A stretch of 64,000 nucleotides of DNA, taken from the NCBI GenBank assembly GCA_963737945.1, contig CAVTUR010000010.1, forward strand, positions 66,709 through 130,708, in the 5' to 3' direction. The translations under genes were made by a program, and so were the position numbers. Positions 46,210 through 57,077 of the stretch are shown here, piece by piece. Below the pieces are notes generated by a model. That model worked only from the letters and a program-made list of their open reading frames with translations. It made no database searches and was not told the origin of the DNA. The first letter of the stretch is position 1; the number at the start of each line of letters is the position of its first letter. The stretch is from Blastocatellia bacterium. GTDB taxonomy: Bacteria > Acidobacteriota > Blastocatellia > UBA7656.

Positions 46210-48663
46210 GTGGAGACGCTTCTCAAAGATGCCCGCTATGGGCTTCGTATGCTCATCAGGAGTCCCGGATTCACCGTCGTGGCTCTGGTATCGCTTGTGT
46301 TGGGGATCGGCGCCAATACCGCAATCTTTAGCATGATCAGCGCGTTCTTGTTTGCGCCGCTTCCGGTTGAACAACCTTCCCAACTCGTCTCTATCTTCAC
46401 GACAGACGTCAAAAACCCGGGGCCTTTGCCAACTTCGCATCTCAACTATGTCGACTATCACGACAAGAACGAAGCGTTCACGGACATCCTTGCCTACACG
46501 TTCGCGAGCGTGAGCTACAGCAGCCCAGGCGGAGAATCGAAGAATCTGGGGGCGCAAGTAGTCTCTGGGAACTACTTCGACGTGCTCGGGCTAAAGGCGG
46601 AACTCGGCCGTACTTTTCTTCCCGACGAAGACAAAACGCCCGGCACGCATCCGGTCGTCGTGTTGAGCCACGCAGCGTGGCAACGCGATTTCGGCGGAGA
46701 TCCGGGGATCGTCGGCAAAACCATCTCGCTCAATCGCCGCGACTTCAACGTCGTGGGCGTCGCTCAAAAAGATTTCACCGGCACTGATATTGGAAGCGGA
46801 CCCGATCTGTGGGTTCCAATGATGATGCACGATGTCGTCCAGCCCGGCTTTGACTTCTACAACCAGCGTCGAGGTTTGTTTCTGCTTTTGATCGGCCGTC
46901 TCAAACCAGGTGTCAGCACAACCCAGGCGCAAGCTTCGATGACTGCGCTCGGTTCACAGCTCGAACAGGAATACAAGAAAGACAACGAGGGCCGCAACGT
47001 CAGACTCGTTCCGCTGCTCACTGCTCGCAAAGACCCGAATGGCAACGGCCAGGTGGGGCTGACCTTCGGCGCCTTGATGGGAGTCGCCGGCATCGTGCTG
47101 CTGATCGCCTGCGCAAACGTAACCAACCTGCTGCTGGCGCGGGCGACAAAACGAAAGCGAGAAATAGCGATTCGTTTGGCACTGGGAGCGAGCCGCGCGC
47201 GGCTTATCAAACAGTTGATGACCGAGAGCTTGATGCTTTCGCTCGCTGGGGGGACCATCGGTCTATTCGCTGCGATCTGGTCGAAGGACCTTCTGCGTTC
47301 GCTCGTTCCGTTTGGCCGAGGACCCAATCAGGAGGGACCCAGCATCGATCCTCGAGTGCTTATATTTGCGCTGGTCGTTTCGATTCTGAGCGGATTGTTG
47401 TTTGGTCTCGCCCCCGCGCTGCAAGCGTCGAAGCCCAGTCTCGTGCCGACCCTGAAGGGCGATATCACGATGCCCGATGGCTCGCGCGGCGTCAGGCTAA
47501 ACCTGCGAACGGCCCTGGTGGTTGTGCAAGTCGGCCTGTCGCTGTTCGCGCTGATCACCGCCGGTTTGTTTGTCCGCAGTTTGCAAAAAGCCCAATCGGT
47601 CAACCCCGGTTTCAATCCTGAGAACGTGGTGCTGATGGCGTTTAATCTCGGCCGCGAAGGTTACTCCGAGCCTCAGGGAAGAAACTTCTATCGACAGGTG
47701 GTTGAGCGAATTCGCTCCGTGCCGGGGGTGGTGAACGCAACCATTGCTCGTGATCGACCCTTCGGCGGCGGCTTTCAGAGAAGCGTCTTTATCGAGGGAC
47801 AGGAGCCTCCACCCGGGGGACGCGGTGTGCTTGTGCAGACAAACAACATCGCCACCGGGTTCTTTGAGACGCTCGGGATTCCGTTCCTGCGCGGTCGCGA
47901 CTTCGCGGAAACCGACAATCAGCAGTCGCCAAAAGTGATGATCATCAATCAAGCAATGGCGGCACGCTTCTGGCCGGATCAAAATCCGATCGGCAAACGC
48001 CTCAAGCTCTTTGGCGATCAAGATTTTCGGGAGGTGGTCGGTCTCGTGGGAGACAGCAAGTACAACAGCCTGACCGAACCGCGCCGGCCTTTCATGTATG
48101 TACCGCTGGAGCAAGAGTACGTCTCCCAGATCAATTTGCACATACGTACGTCATCGGACGCAAAAGGATTGTTCGCCGCGCTTCGCGCCGAGGTGCAAAA
48201 ACTGGATCCGAACCTCCCGGTGCTGGCCGCTCAGACGCTGAGCGAACGCGTCGAGAACTCTCTTGGGGGCGAGCGGCGGCAGGCTACGTTGCTCGGCTCG
48301 GGCGGGGTCCTGGCGCTGATCCTTGCGGCCATAGGCCTGTATGGCGTGATGTCTTACTCGGTGGCTCAGCGCACCAGGGAGATCGGCATACGAATGGCGC
48401 TGGGGGCCGGGCGCGGGAACGTAATGGGGCTGGTGCTCAAGCAAGGGGTGACCCTGGTGTCAGCGGGCGTTGTGTTGGGACTTGGCGCCGCGTTTGGGAT
48501 TACTCGATTGCTTGCGAGCTTGCTGTTTGGCGTAAGCGCGATTGATCCGGTCACGTTCGCCGGAACTTCGGCGTTGCTGCTGGTTGTCGCGTTGCTGGCG
48601 AGCTACATACCCGCGCGGCGGGCGACAAAGGTGGATCCGATCATCGCGCTGAGGTATGAGTGA
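46210..48663 (+). CDS. ADOP-type ABC transporter permease (duplicated MacB-like periplasmic domain + FtsX, no ATPase domain), paralog 1
   Basis: N-terminus (M)[40 protein letters not shown]. Two FtsX modules. GTG start with a GGAGG RBS. Confidence 0.85.
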   Translation: METLLKDARYGLRMLIRSPGFTVVALVSLVLGIGANTAIFSMISAFLFAPLPVEQPSQLVSIFTTDVKNPGPLPTSHLNYVDYHDKNEAFTDILAYTFASVSYSSPGGESKNLGAQVVSGNYFDVLGLKAELGRTFLPDEDKTPGTHPVVVLSHAAWQRDFGGDPGIVGKTISLNRRDFNVVGVAQKDFTGTDIGSGPDLWVPMMMHDVVQPGFDFYNQRRGLFLLLIGRLKPGVSTTQAQASMTALGSQLEQEYKKDNEGRNVRLVPLLTARKDPNGNGQVGLTFGALMGVAGIVLLIACANVTNLLLARATKRKREIAIRLALGASRARLIKQLMTESLMLSLAGGTIGLFAAIWSKDLLRSLVPFGRGPNQEGPSIDPRVLIFALVVSILSGLLFGLAPALQASKPSLVPTLKGDITMPDGSRGVRLNLRTALVVVQVGLSLFALITAGLFVRSLQKAQSVNPGFNPENVVLMAFNLGREGYSEPQGRNFYRQVVERIRSVPGVVNATIARDRPFGGGFQRSVFIEGQEPPPGGRGVLVQTNNIATGFFETLGIPFLRGRDFAETDNQQSPKVMIINQAMAARFWPDQNPIGKRLKLFGDQDFREVVGLVGDSKYNSLTEPRRPFMYVPLEQEYVSQINLHIRTSSDAKGLFAALRAEVQKLDPNLPVLAAQTLSERVENSLGGERRQATLLGSGGVLALILAAIGLYGVMSYSVAQRTREIGIRMALGAGRGNVMGLVLKQGVTLVSAGVVLGLGAAFGITRLLASLLFGVSAIDPVTFAGTSALLLVVALLASYIPARRATKVDPIIALRYE

Positions 48664-48703
48664 CATTGATTTGCGATTGCCGATTTGCGATTGCCGATTT
48701 CGA
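48664..48703. repeat. heptamer array (CGATTGC/CGATTTG, antisense of GCAATCG) at the left boundary of the four-helix-bundle cassette
   Basis: cattgatttgcgattgccgatttgcgattgccgatttcgag, immediately after the ADOP1 stop. Confidence 0.8.
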
Positions 48704-49098
48704 GAGAGATTTTGAATAAGGAAGAGCTGAAAGCGAGAACAAAGAGATTTGCATTGAGAGTCATGACGCTGGTAGATGCGCTTCCAAAGACGGTTTCCGG
48801 AAGGGCAATTGGGAATCAATTGGTCAGAAGCGGAACTGGAGTCGGATCCAACTACCGAGCTTCCTGTCGGTCTCGATCAAGGGCCGAGTTCATTGCCAAG
48901 ATTGGGATCGTAGAAGAAGAGGCAGATGAGAGCGCCTTTTGGATGGAACTAATCATTGAGGGAGGTATTCTCCCCCCGGAAAAGGTAAACGCGTTACTTA
49001 AGGAAGCTAACGAACTCGTGGGGATCATGGCGTCATCGAGGATTACTGCCGCGCGCCGCAAGGAATCGGCAATCGCCAATCGGAAATCGGAGATGTGA
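48685..49098 (+). CDS. four-helix-bundle protein (TIGR02436 / 23S rRNA intervening-sequence protein family)
   Basis: ...[75 protein letters not shown]... The start is uncertain and may be non-ATG. The 3' end encodes [11 protein letters not shown] from GCAATCG heptamers at 49062-49092. Confidence 0.7.
   Translation: MRLPISREILNKEELKARTKRFALRVMTLVDALPKTVSGRAIGNQLVRSGTGVGSNYRASCRSRSRAEFIAKIGIVEEEADESAFWMELIIEGGILPPEKVNALLKEANELVGIMASSRITAARRKESAIANRKSEM
49062..49092. repeat. heptamer array (GCAATCG sense) at the right boundary of the four-helix-bundle cassette, inverted relative to 48664-48703
   Basis: ggaatcggcaatcgccaatcggaaatcggag. Its reverse complement pairs imperfectly with the left array. 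Confidence 0.75.
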
Positions 49099-49100
49099 CT

Positions 49101-51518
49101 ATGGACACACTACTTCAAGACATACGTTACGCCGTCAGGATGCTGATAAAGAAGCCAGGCTTCACCGTCGTGGTGGTCGCCGCGCTCGCCCTGGGCATCG
49201 GAGCAAACACAGCGATCTTCAGCATCGTCAATTCAATCCTGCTTCGTCCGCTTCCGTATCGCGATCCGGCGCGGCTAGCGATGATTTGGATGGACAACAA
49301 GCGAATGAACGTCGATCAGGATATTCATTCCTACCCCAACTACGTTGATTATCGCGACCAGAATCAGGTCTTTGAATCAATGGCGGCATACAGCGGTATA
49401 AGCCTGAACCTGGTGGGTGTTGGCGAGCCCGAGCGAATACTCGGAGCGGCGACGACCGCCAGCTTGTTCGAAGTGCTCGGCGTCGATCCACAACTGGGCC
49501 GCGTCTTCACCGTCGAGGAAGAGCAGATCGGACAGGACAAGGTTGCCATACTGAGCTACGGTCTGTGGCAACGGCGTTTTGGCGGAGACCCGAATATCCT
49601 GGGCCAGCAGATCCTGGTAAGCGATGTCTCGCGAACCGTCATCGGAGTGATGCCGCCGAGCTTCAAGTATCCTCACAAGGATGCCGAGATTTGGGTGCCG
49701 CTGGCGGTCAGCGACAACGCCAGGCAGGCACGCGGCAGCTTTGCGTATTACGCGATCGGGCGCCTCAAGCCGGGGGTTTCGATCGAGCAGGCGCGTGTAG
49801 AGATGTCATCGATCGCAAGCAATCTCGCAAACCAGTACCCGGGGCTTGAAGGCTATGGCGTGAACCTGGTTCCGCTACACGAGCAAGTCACCGGCAAAGT
49901 TCGTCCCGCGCTGCTGGTGCTGCTGGGAACCGTCGCGTTCGTGTTGCTGATCGCCTGCGCTAACGTAGCCAACCTGTTGCTGGCTCGCGCGGCGGGCCGG
50001 GAACGAGAGATCGCGATTCGAACCGCACTTGGCGCGAATCGCGCGAGGCTGATAAGACAACTTCTGACTGAGAGCACGCTGATGGGATTGGCCGGCGGCG
50101 CGGCAGGTCTGTTGATCGCAAAGTGGGGACTGAGCGCGCTGATCGCTCTCAGCCCCGAAGACATCCCCAGACTGGATCAAATCGGAATCGACGGCCGCGT
50201 GCTCGGATTCACCGTGTTGGTTTCGCTACTCACCGGGCTGGTGTTTGGGCTTGTGCCGGCGCTACAGGCGTCAAAACCCGACTTGAACGAGTCACTAAAG
50301 GAAAGTGGAAGAAGCTCAACGGCCGGCGTCGAGCGGCGCCGCGCACGAAGCGCGCTGGTGGTGGTCGAGGTCGCGCTCTCGCTGGTGCTGCTGATCGGCG
50401 CGGGGTTAATGGTCAAGAGCTTTAGCCGGCTGCAAAAAGTCGATCTCGGTTTTAACCCCGATCGGCTTGTCTCGATGAACATCCAGCTCTCGAGGACCAA
50501 GTATCAAGGACCCGCGGGCGCGCAGTTCTTTCGCCAACTCATCGACAGAGTTGAAGCGATGCCCGGGGTCGAATCGGCCGGTGCCATCAGCGCGATCTTT
50601 ATCGATGCCTTGCCAAACTCAACCAACTTCACGGTCGAAGGAAAACCACCCGTGCCCGCTTCTGAGCAGATCGAAACGCCAGTCGATGTCGTAACGCCGA
50701 GCTACTTTCGGACAATGGGTATCGCCCTCCTGAGGGGGCGCGAGTTGACCGAACAAGACGGCCTCGAATCTCAGCAGGTGGCCGTAATCAATGACACCTT
50801 CGCGCGGCGATTCTGGCCCGGCGAAGACCCTATCGGCAGGCGGTTCAAATTCGGCGACACGGATTCAGATGCTCCGTGGATGACCATCGTGGGCGTGGTC
50901 GGTGATATGCGCCGCACGGGTCTGGATGTCGATGTTCGCTGCGAGACGTTCTTGCCGTACTCGCAACGGCGGTTCGTTGGATTTCTCTCGCTTGTGGTCC
51001 GGGCCAAATCCGATCCTCGCGTAATTGCGACGGCGGTGCGCGATCAGGTTTGGGGGATCGATCCCAGTCAACCGGTGTCTCATATTCGAACGATGGATCA
51101 GTTGCTCGAGGGGATGATGGCGCAGCGTCGCTTGAACATGGTCTTGTTTGCGTTGTTCGGAGGAGTGGCTCTGGTGCTGGCGGCGGTCGGGGTGTACGGC
51201 GTAATCTCATATTCGGTCACGCAACGAACCCACGAGATCGGGATCCGGATGGCGCTGGGAGCCGGCAGTGCGGATGTGCTGAGACTAATAATCGCGAACG
51301 GAATGACGCTTGTCTTGATAGGCGTAGCGATCGGTCTGATCGCGGCGTTCGCTTTGACGAGGCTGATGACGACTCTCCTGTTCGGTGTAAGCGCGACAGA
51401 CCCGGCGACGTTTGCGGCGATTTCCGGGATACTCTCGGGAGTGGCTCTGGCAGCCTGTTTCGTGCCCGCGCTAAGGGCAATCAAGGTGGATCCGATGGTC
51501 GCGCTGCGCTATGAATAG
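49101..51518 (+). CDS. ADOP-type permease, paralog 2
   Basis: [41 protein letters not shown]. An alternative GTG start at 49095 overlaps the upstream stop. Confidence 0.85.
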   Translation: MDTLLQDIRYAVRMLIKKPGFTVVVVAALALGIGANTAIFSIVNSILLRPLPYRDPARLAMIWMDNKRMNVDQDIHSYPNYVDYRDQNQVFESMAAYSGISLNLVGVGEPERILGAATTASLFEVLGVDPQLGRVFTVEEEQIGQDKVAILSYGLWQRRFGGDPNILGQQILVSDVSRTVIGVMPPSFKYPHKDAEIWVPLAVSDNARQARGSFAYYAIGRLKPGVSIEQARVEMSSIASNLANQYPGLEGYGVNLVPLHEQVTGKVRPALLVLLGTVAFVLLIACANVANLLLARAAGREREIAIRTALGANRARLIRQLLTESTLMGLAGGAAGLLIAKWGLSALIALSPEDIPRLDQIGIDGRVLGFTVLVSLLTGLVFGLVPALQASKPDLNESLKESGRSSTAGVERRRARSALVVVEVALSLVLLIGAGLMVKSFSRLQKVDLGFNPDRLVSMNIQLSRTKYQGPAGAQFFRQLIDRVEAMPGVESAGAISAIFIDALPNSTNFTVEGKPPVPASEQIETPVDVVTPSYFRTMGIALLRGRELTEQDGLESQQVAVINDTFARRFWPGEDPIGRRFKFGDTDSDAPWMTIVGVVGDMRRTGLDVDVRCETFLPYSQRRFVGFLSLVVRAKSDPRVIATAVRDQVWGIDPSQPVSHIRTMDQLLEGMMAQRRLNMVLFALFGGVALVLAAVGVYGVISYSVTQRTHEIGIRMALGAGSADVLRLIIANGMTLVLIGVAIGLIAAFALTRLMTTLLFGVSATDPATFAAISGILSGVALAACFVPALRAIKVDPMVALRYE

Positions 51519-51592
<74 letters not shown>

Positions 51593-51607
51593 AGAGTGAG
51601 GCAATGA

Positions 51608-51802
51608 GGGGTCGTAGAGGAGGAAGCTGATGAGAGCGCATTTTGGATGGAATTGATCATCGAGGGAAGGCTTCTCCCGGCCGCCAAGGTCGAGTCCTTG
51701 TTGAAGGAAGCTAACGAACTGGTGGCAATCATGGCAGCGTCGCGAATCTCAGCTGCTCATCGCAAGCAATCGGCAATCGCCAATCGGGAATCGGAAATTT
51801 GA
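51608..51802 (+). pseudogene. N-terminally truncated four-helix-bundle protein gene (C-terminal ~63 codons only)
   Basis: Translation is [64 protein letters not shown]. It is near-identical to the C-terminal half of 48685-49098. The N-terminal half is replaced by heptamer repeats. It ends in a GCAATCG array at 51767-51799. Confidence 0.65.
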
Positions 51803-51804
51803 TC

Positions 51805-54312
51805 ATGGAAACTCTAATACAAGATTTCAAATACGGCATTCGGACCCTTACAAAGAATCCCGGGTTTTCAGTAGTCGCAGTGATAACGCTGGCGCTTGGG
51901 TTGGGAGCCAACACTGCAATATTCTCATTGACCGACCAGATCCTTTTGCGGCTTCTCCCGGTCGAGAATCCAAAGGAACTGGTAGTCTTGCGTTCTCCCG
52001 GACCTAAATCGGGACGTGTGTGGAGCGACGGAGACAGCGCGTCCCCCTTCTCGTATCCGCTATACAAAGAGGTGCGGGATAACAACAACGTGTTCTCCGG
52101 GGTGCTGGCGCGCTTTGCCGTTGCTCTGAGCGTCGCCGGTGAGGGTCAGACAGAACGCGCCAACGGCGAATTGGTGTCAGGAAATTATTTCGAGGTGCTG
52201 GGTGTCCGCCCGGTTGTGGGACGGGTCTTGAACCAGGACGACGATCTGGCGCCGGGTGCGGGTCAGGCAGTCGTGCTGAGCCACGCCTATTGGATGCGCC
52301 GCTTTGGCGCAGATCCCGGAGTTCTAAATAAGACGCTGATCATAAACGGCGTAGGCATGACGGTGGTGGGAGTAAGCAGTGCATCGTTCACCGGAGTACA
52401 GGTGGGCCAGAGGCCGGACATCTTCATCCCAATCACGATGAAGGCCAAGATGACGCCGAACTGGGACGGGCTCAATGATCACAAAGACTATTGGCTGGCC
52501 ATCATCGGCCGGTTGAAACCTGGACTGACGCCCGCACAGGCAGAGGAGGCCTTCGCGCCGGTCTATCATCAGATTCTCGAGGCGGAGCTGCCGCTGGCCG
52601 GGAGGTTTTCACCCGAAACACAGCAGCGCTTTCTCGAGAAGCGCATGCTGATGGATCCGGGATCCAGGGGACGCGCGATTCTGCAGCGCGACACCAGGCA
52701 ACCGCTGTTGGTTCTTATGGGAATGGTCGGGTTGGTGCTGCTGATTGCTTGCGCCAATGTAGCTAATCTGTTGATGGCCAGAGGCGCGGCGCGGCAGCGC
52801 GAAATCGCGATCCGCATGGCGGTCGGCGCGGGTCGCTGGCGGCTGGTGCGGCAGTTTCTGGTCGAGAGCTTGACGCTTTCGTTGATCGGCGGCGGAGTGG
52901 GTCTGGTCGTCGCCGCCTGGACGATGGGCGCGTTGGTCGGCTCGGTTCCCGAGAGCATGGGCGCCGTAGGTCTATCGGCAAGTCTCGACGTCCGCGTGCT
53001 TGGGTTTACGATTGCGCTCTCGATTCTGGTGGGACTGCTATTCGGGGTAATGCCGGCGATGAAGGCCACCCGTTTGAACCTCGAAAGCACGCTGCGCGAG
53101 CAAGGATCCAGCGTATCGGGTGCCCTCTCGCAGGTGCGGTTCCGCAAAGGGTTGGTTGTTTCGCAGGTCGTCCTGACTACGGTGTTACTGGTGTGCGCCG
53201 GGCTCTTTGCCAGGAGCCTCAACAATCTCAAGCATCTCGATCTCGGAATGCGCCCTGATCATCTGGTCAGCTTCTCCATCCAGCCCGAGTTGAACAGCTA
53301 CACTCCGCAAAAAACCATCGCGTTGTTTGATCAGCTGCACCAGAATATCGCGGCGCAGCCGGGCGTCGATGCGGTCAGCGAGGCAGTGATACCTGAGTTC
53401 ACCGACAGCAACTCGAGCAGCAACATCACCGTCGACGGCTACCAGGCGGGACAGGACGAAAACATGAACGTCGGTCAAAACGACGTTGGGCCAGGGTTCT
53501 TCTCGACGATGGGAATTCCACTTCTTCAGGGCCGCGAATTTGAGCCGTCGGACACCGCCAGCAGTCAAAAGGTCGCGATCATCAATGAAACGATGGCCCG
53601 TCGCTATTTCGCAAACCGTAACCCCATCGGCGCGCGATTCGCCTTTGGCGCAGGCGACAAAATTCACCCGGATATCGAAATCGTCGGCGTCGTAAAAGAC
53701 AGCAAACACGCCACGGTTCGCGAAGACAGCGGGCCGTTCATTTGCCTGCCGTATTCTCAATCCAAAACGGTTGGCAATATCACCTTTTACGTAAAAACCC
53801 GACAGGAACCGGGTGTAATCGCAGCCTCGTCGCGGCGCGAAGTGGAACGACTAGACCCCAATCTCCCGGTGTTCGACGTAAAGACCGTTGAACGGCAAAT
53901 AGACGAGTTGCTCTTCCGAGACAAATTCCTGACTTTTCTGTCGATGTGCTTTGCGCTGCTGGCGGCGGTGCTGGCCTCAATCGGATTGTACGGAGTGATG
54001 GCCTACACGGTGACGCGCCGAACTCGCGAGATCGGAATCCGCATGGCACTCGGGGCAACACGCGGGGTCGTCTCGTGGCTGATCCTGCGAGAAGTCGTCG
54101 TGCTGGCATTGATAGGCCTGGTGGTCGGGTTGCCCGCCGCATATGTGCTGGGCCGGTTCACGGAATCGCTGCTGTTTGGCGTCAAGGTCGGCGACCCGCT
54201 GGTGTTTGTCGCAGCAGGGTTGCTCCTGAGCGCCGCGACCCTGATCGGAGGCTACTTGCCTGCGCGGAAGGCGGCAAGCATAGACCCGCTTGTCGCGCTC
54301 AGATGTGAATAG
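51805..54312 (+). CDS. ADOP-type permease, paralog 3
   Basis: [41 protein letters not shown]. Confidence 0.85.
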   Translation: METLIQDFKYGIRTLTKNPGFSVVAVITLALGLGANTAIFSLTDQILLRLLPVENPKELVVLRSPGPKSGRVWSDGDSASPFSYPLYKEVRDNNNVFSGVLARFAVALSVAGEGQTERANGELVSGNYFEVLGVRPVVGRVLNQDDDLAPGAGQAVVLSHAYWMRRFGADPGVLNKTLIINGVGMTVVGVSSASFTGVQVGQRPDIFIPITMKAKMTPNWDGLNDHKDYWLAIIGRLKPGLTPAQAEEAFAPVYHQILEAELPLAGRFSPETQQRFLEKRMLMDPGSRGRAILQRDTRQPLLVLMGMVGLVLLIACANVANLLMARGAARQREIAIRMAVGAGRWRLVRQFLVESLTLSLIGGGVGLVVAAWTMGALVGSVPESMGAVGLSASLDVRVLGFTIALSILVGLLFGVMPAMKATRLNLESTLREQGSSVSGALSQVRFRKGLVVSQVVLTTVLLVCAGLFARSLNNLKHLDLGMRPDHLVSFSIQPELNSYTPQKTIALFDQLHQNIAAQPGVDAVSEAVIPEFTDSNSSSNITVDGYQAGQDENMNVGQNDVGPGFFSTMGIPLLQGREFEPSDTASSQKVAIINETMARRYFANRNPIGARFAFGAGDKIHPDIEIVGVVKDSKHATVREDSGPFICLPYSQSKTVGNITFYVKTRQEPGVIAASSRREVERLDPNLPVFDVKTVERQIDELLFRDKFLTFLSMCFALLAAVLASIGLYGVMAYTVTRRTREIGIRMALGATRGVVSWLILREVVVLALIGLVVGLPAAYVLGRFTESLLFGVKVGDPLVFVAAGLLLSAATLIGGYLPARKAASIDPLVALRCE

Positions 54313-54386
54313 ATGCGGCAAGAATGATGAATGATGAATGATGAACGCGGAACCAGAAACTAGAAACCAGAAACCAGAAACTACCC
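54313..54386. repeat. GAATGAT x3 then GAAACCA x4 heptamer tandem repeats between ADOP3 and ADOP4
   Basis: atgcggcaagaatgatgaatgatgaatgatgaacgcggaaccagaaactagaaaccagaaaccagaaactaccc. Confidence 0.8.
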
Positions 54387-54393
54387 AGGAGTT

Positions 54394-56832
54394 ATGATGG
54401 AGACTCTTTTTCAAGACTTGCGATATGGATCGAGAATGCTGCTCAAACATCCCGGATTCACCGTAGTCGCGGTGATTGCGCTCGCGCTCGGGATCGGCGC
54501 AAACACTGCGATCTTCAGCGTGGTCAATGCCGTCCTACTGCGGCCGCTCCCGTTCGCCGAGCCAGATCGCTTGATGGTGGTTTACGAATCGCGCACAGAT
54601 CGCGGCGGCACTCGCTCATCCGTTTCCTATCCAGACTTCGCCGACTGGAGAGACCAAAACACGGTATTCGAACGCATGTCTACGTACCGCGACACTGACT
54701 TTGTGCTCACCGGCGATGGCGAGCCGGCCCGCTTGCACACCGGAGTCGTAAATGCAGATCTATTCCCCCTGCTCGGCGCGACGCCAATCCTCGGGCGGCC
54801 ATTCCGCACTGAAGAAGACAAGCCGGGAGAAGGCGGCCGCGTCGTTCTTTTGAGTCAACAGCTCTGGCAGCACCGGTTCAACGGCGATCCAAACATTGTT
54901 GGGAAATCGCTGGTGCTCAACGGCAAGAGCTATTCGGTTGTAGGGGTGATGCCGCAGGGATTTCATTTTCCCGTCGACGCCGCGCCTTTCGATTTGTGGA
55001 CGACGGTCGCCGTTGACTCCGAGATGTTTCCCCAACGCGGGGCTCATTACATGCACGTCCTCGCGCGGCTCAAGCCTGGAGTTACGCTCGCTCAGGCGAA
55101 GGCAGAGATGGAAGGGATAGCGAGCAACCTGGAGCGGCAGTATCCCGATGAGAATTCGCACCGCGGAGTGGCCATCGTTCCCGCGCTCGATAGTCTGGTG
55201 GGCGATGTTCGCCCGGCGCTGCTCATATTGCTTGGCGCGGTCGGGCTGGTGCTTCTTATCGCGTGCGTCAACGTTGCCAACCTTCTATTGGCGCGAGCGA
55301 CGACCCGTCACAAAGAGATGGCGATTCGCGCGGCCCTGGGTGCGAGCCGGCTACGGGTGGTGCGCCAGCTGCTGACGGAAAGCATATTGCTGTCGCTGGC
55401 AGGCGGAGCTCTCGGCCTGCTCGTCGCGCTGTGGGGCACAGGCATACTGGTGTCTCTGAGCACAGATGATCTTCCGCGGGCAGCTCAGATCGGGTTGGAT
55501 GTTCGCGTGCTCGGGTTTACGTTGTTGGTTTCGCTTATCACAGGCATTGTGTTTGGCCTGGTCCCGGCGATTCAATCATCACGGACCGACTTGACCGAAT
55601 CGCTCAAGGAGGGCGGACGCGGTTCCACCGAAGGCGCCGGACAAAATCGTCTTCGGGCTGCGCTTGTGGTCGGTGAAGTTGCCATCGCGATTGTGCTGCT
55701 GGCCGGAGCCGGGCTGCTGATCCAGAGCCTCCGGCACCTGCGGCAGGTCAGTCCGGGATTCGACCCCCACAACGTGCTGAGCTTCAGCATCGGATTGCCC
55801 GAGGTAAGATACAAACCGCAGCAGCAGGTCGAATTCTATCGCCAGCTAAAGGCTCGTCTCGAATCGCTGCCGGGCGTTCGGTCTGCAAGCGCGATCATGC
55901 CGCTTCCGTTGAGCGGAGACCGTATGGGAGTGACATTCGAGACAGAGGGGCGTCCCATCGCAAAAGGAGAGCTGCCGGCAACCGAAATCCGCATAATCGG
56001 GCTCGACTATTTCAAGACTATGGGGATCCCTCTGAAAAAAGGTCGCGACTTCACCGAGCGCGATGACAAAAAGGCGCCCCCGGTCATCATCGTCAACGAA
56101 GCCTTCGCTAAGCAGTATTTTCCAGGCGAAGACGCAGTCGGCAAACTCATCAAGCCGAGCATCAGTAGCGACGACGAAGACGATGCGAGCACAAAGATGC
56201 GCGAGATCGTCGGCGTCGTCGGCGACGTAAAGCACCTGAAGCTGAACGCGGAAGCCGACCCTGAGGCCTATGAGCCCCATGCTCAACTTACATTCGACAT
56301 GACGATGTTGGTGAAGACCGAGACCGATCCTCGAGCCCTCGTGAGCGCAGTTCAAAGCGAACTGAGAGCGATGGACAAGGACCTGCCGGCCTACGACGTC
56401 AAGACATTGGATGAGTATCTGGCGACGGCGGTCGCGCAACCGCGCTTTAACGCGTTGTTGCTGGGGATCTTCGCTGGGCTTGCGCTGATACTGACCGCCG
56501 TCGGGCTGTACGGCGTGATGAACTACTCGGTCACCCAACGCACACACGAGATCGGCATTCGCGTCGCGCTGGGCGCACAGCAGCAAGACGTTTTGAAGAT
56601 GGTCGTGCGGCAAGGAATGACGCTCACGTGTATCGGCATAGGGGTGGGTCTTGTGGGCGCATATTTCCTGACTCGATTGCTGGAGACCATGCTGTTCGGA
56701 GTCAGTGCAACCGACCCTCTCACGTTCGTAGTAATTTCAGTCATTCTGGCAGGAGTGGCTCTGGGGGCCTGTTTCGTGCCGGCGCGCAGAGCGACCAATG
56801 TAGACCCGATGATCGCGTTGAGATATGAGTGA
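54394..56832 (+). CDS. ADOP-type permease, paralog 4
   Basis: [42 protein letters not shown]. Confidence 0.85.
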   Translation: MMETLFQDLRYGSRMLLKHPGFTVVAVIALALGIGANTAIFSVVNAVLLRPLPFAEPDRLMVVYESRTDRGGTRSSVSYPDFADWRDQNTVFERMSTYRDTDFVLTGDGEPARLHTGVVNADLFPLLGATPILGRPFRTEEDKPGEGGRVVLLSQQLWQHRFNGDPNIVGKSLVLNGKSYSVVGVMPQGFHFPVDAAPFDLWTTVAVDSEMFPQRGAHYMHVLARLKPGVTLAQAKAEMEGIASNLERQYPDENSHRGVAIVPALDSLVGDVRPALLILLGAVGLVLLIACVNVANLLLARATTRHKEMAIRAALGASRLRVVRQLLTESILLSLAGGALGLLVALWGTGILVSLSTDDLPRAAQIGLDVRVLGFTLLVSLITGIVFGLVPAIQSSRTDLTESLKEGGRGSTEGAGQNRLRAALVVGEVAIAIVLLAGAGLLIQSLRHLRQVSPGFDPHNVLSFSIGLPEVRYKPQQQVEFYRQLKARLESLPGVRSASAIMPLPLSGDRMGVTFETEGRPIAKGELPATEIRIIGLDYFKTMGIPLKKGRDFTERDDKKAPPVIIVNEAFAKQYFPGEDAVGKLIKPSISSDDEDDASTKMREIVGVVGDVKHLKLNAEADPEAYEPHAQLTFDMTMLVKTETDPRALVSAVQSELRAMDKDLPAYDVKTLDEYLATAVAQPRFNALLLGIFAGLALILTAVGLYGVMNYSVTQRTHEIGIRVALGAQQQDVLKMVVRQGMTLTCIGIGVGLVGAYFLTRLLETMLFGVSATDPLTFVVISVILAGVALGACFVPARRATNVDPMIALRYE

Positions 56833-57077
56833 ATTCACTACCCGACGACAGAGGCGAATCTAATTTCGACGGGACCCGGTCTGGAGAAATTGAGGAGAAG
56901 TACGCCACAGCGTCTGACCGTTTCCGCAACCTTGGTTCCCAGGAATGAACAACCGCGTTCTTCCAGTTATCAAGCGGCCACGCTTAATCCAACCGAATCA
57001 GACGTTTGAGCCTCCGCAAGTGCCTGGCACGCCAGTTGGCTGATAGTGCTGACTTCGTCTTCTCAAAGAGGTGCTCC

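Noticed and set aside
46156-48819. Multiple minus-strand ORFs of 95-214 aa inside ADOP1, and similar ones inside the other ADOP genes
   Set aside because: They are antisense to strongly supported permease genes. This is typical GC-rich shadow ORFs.
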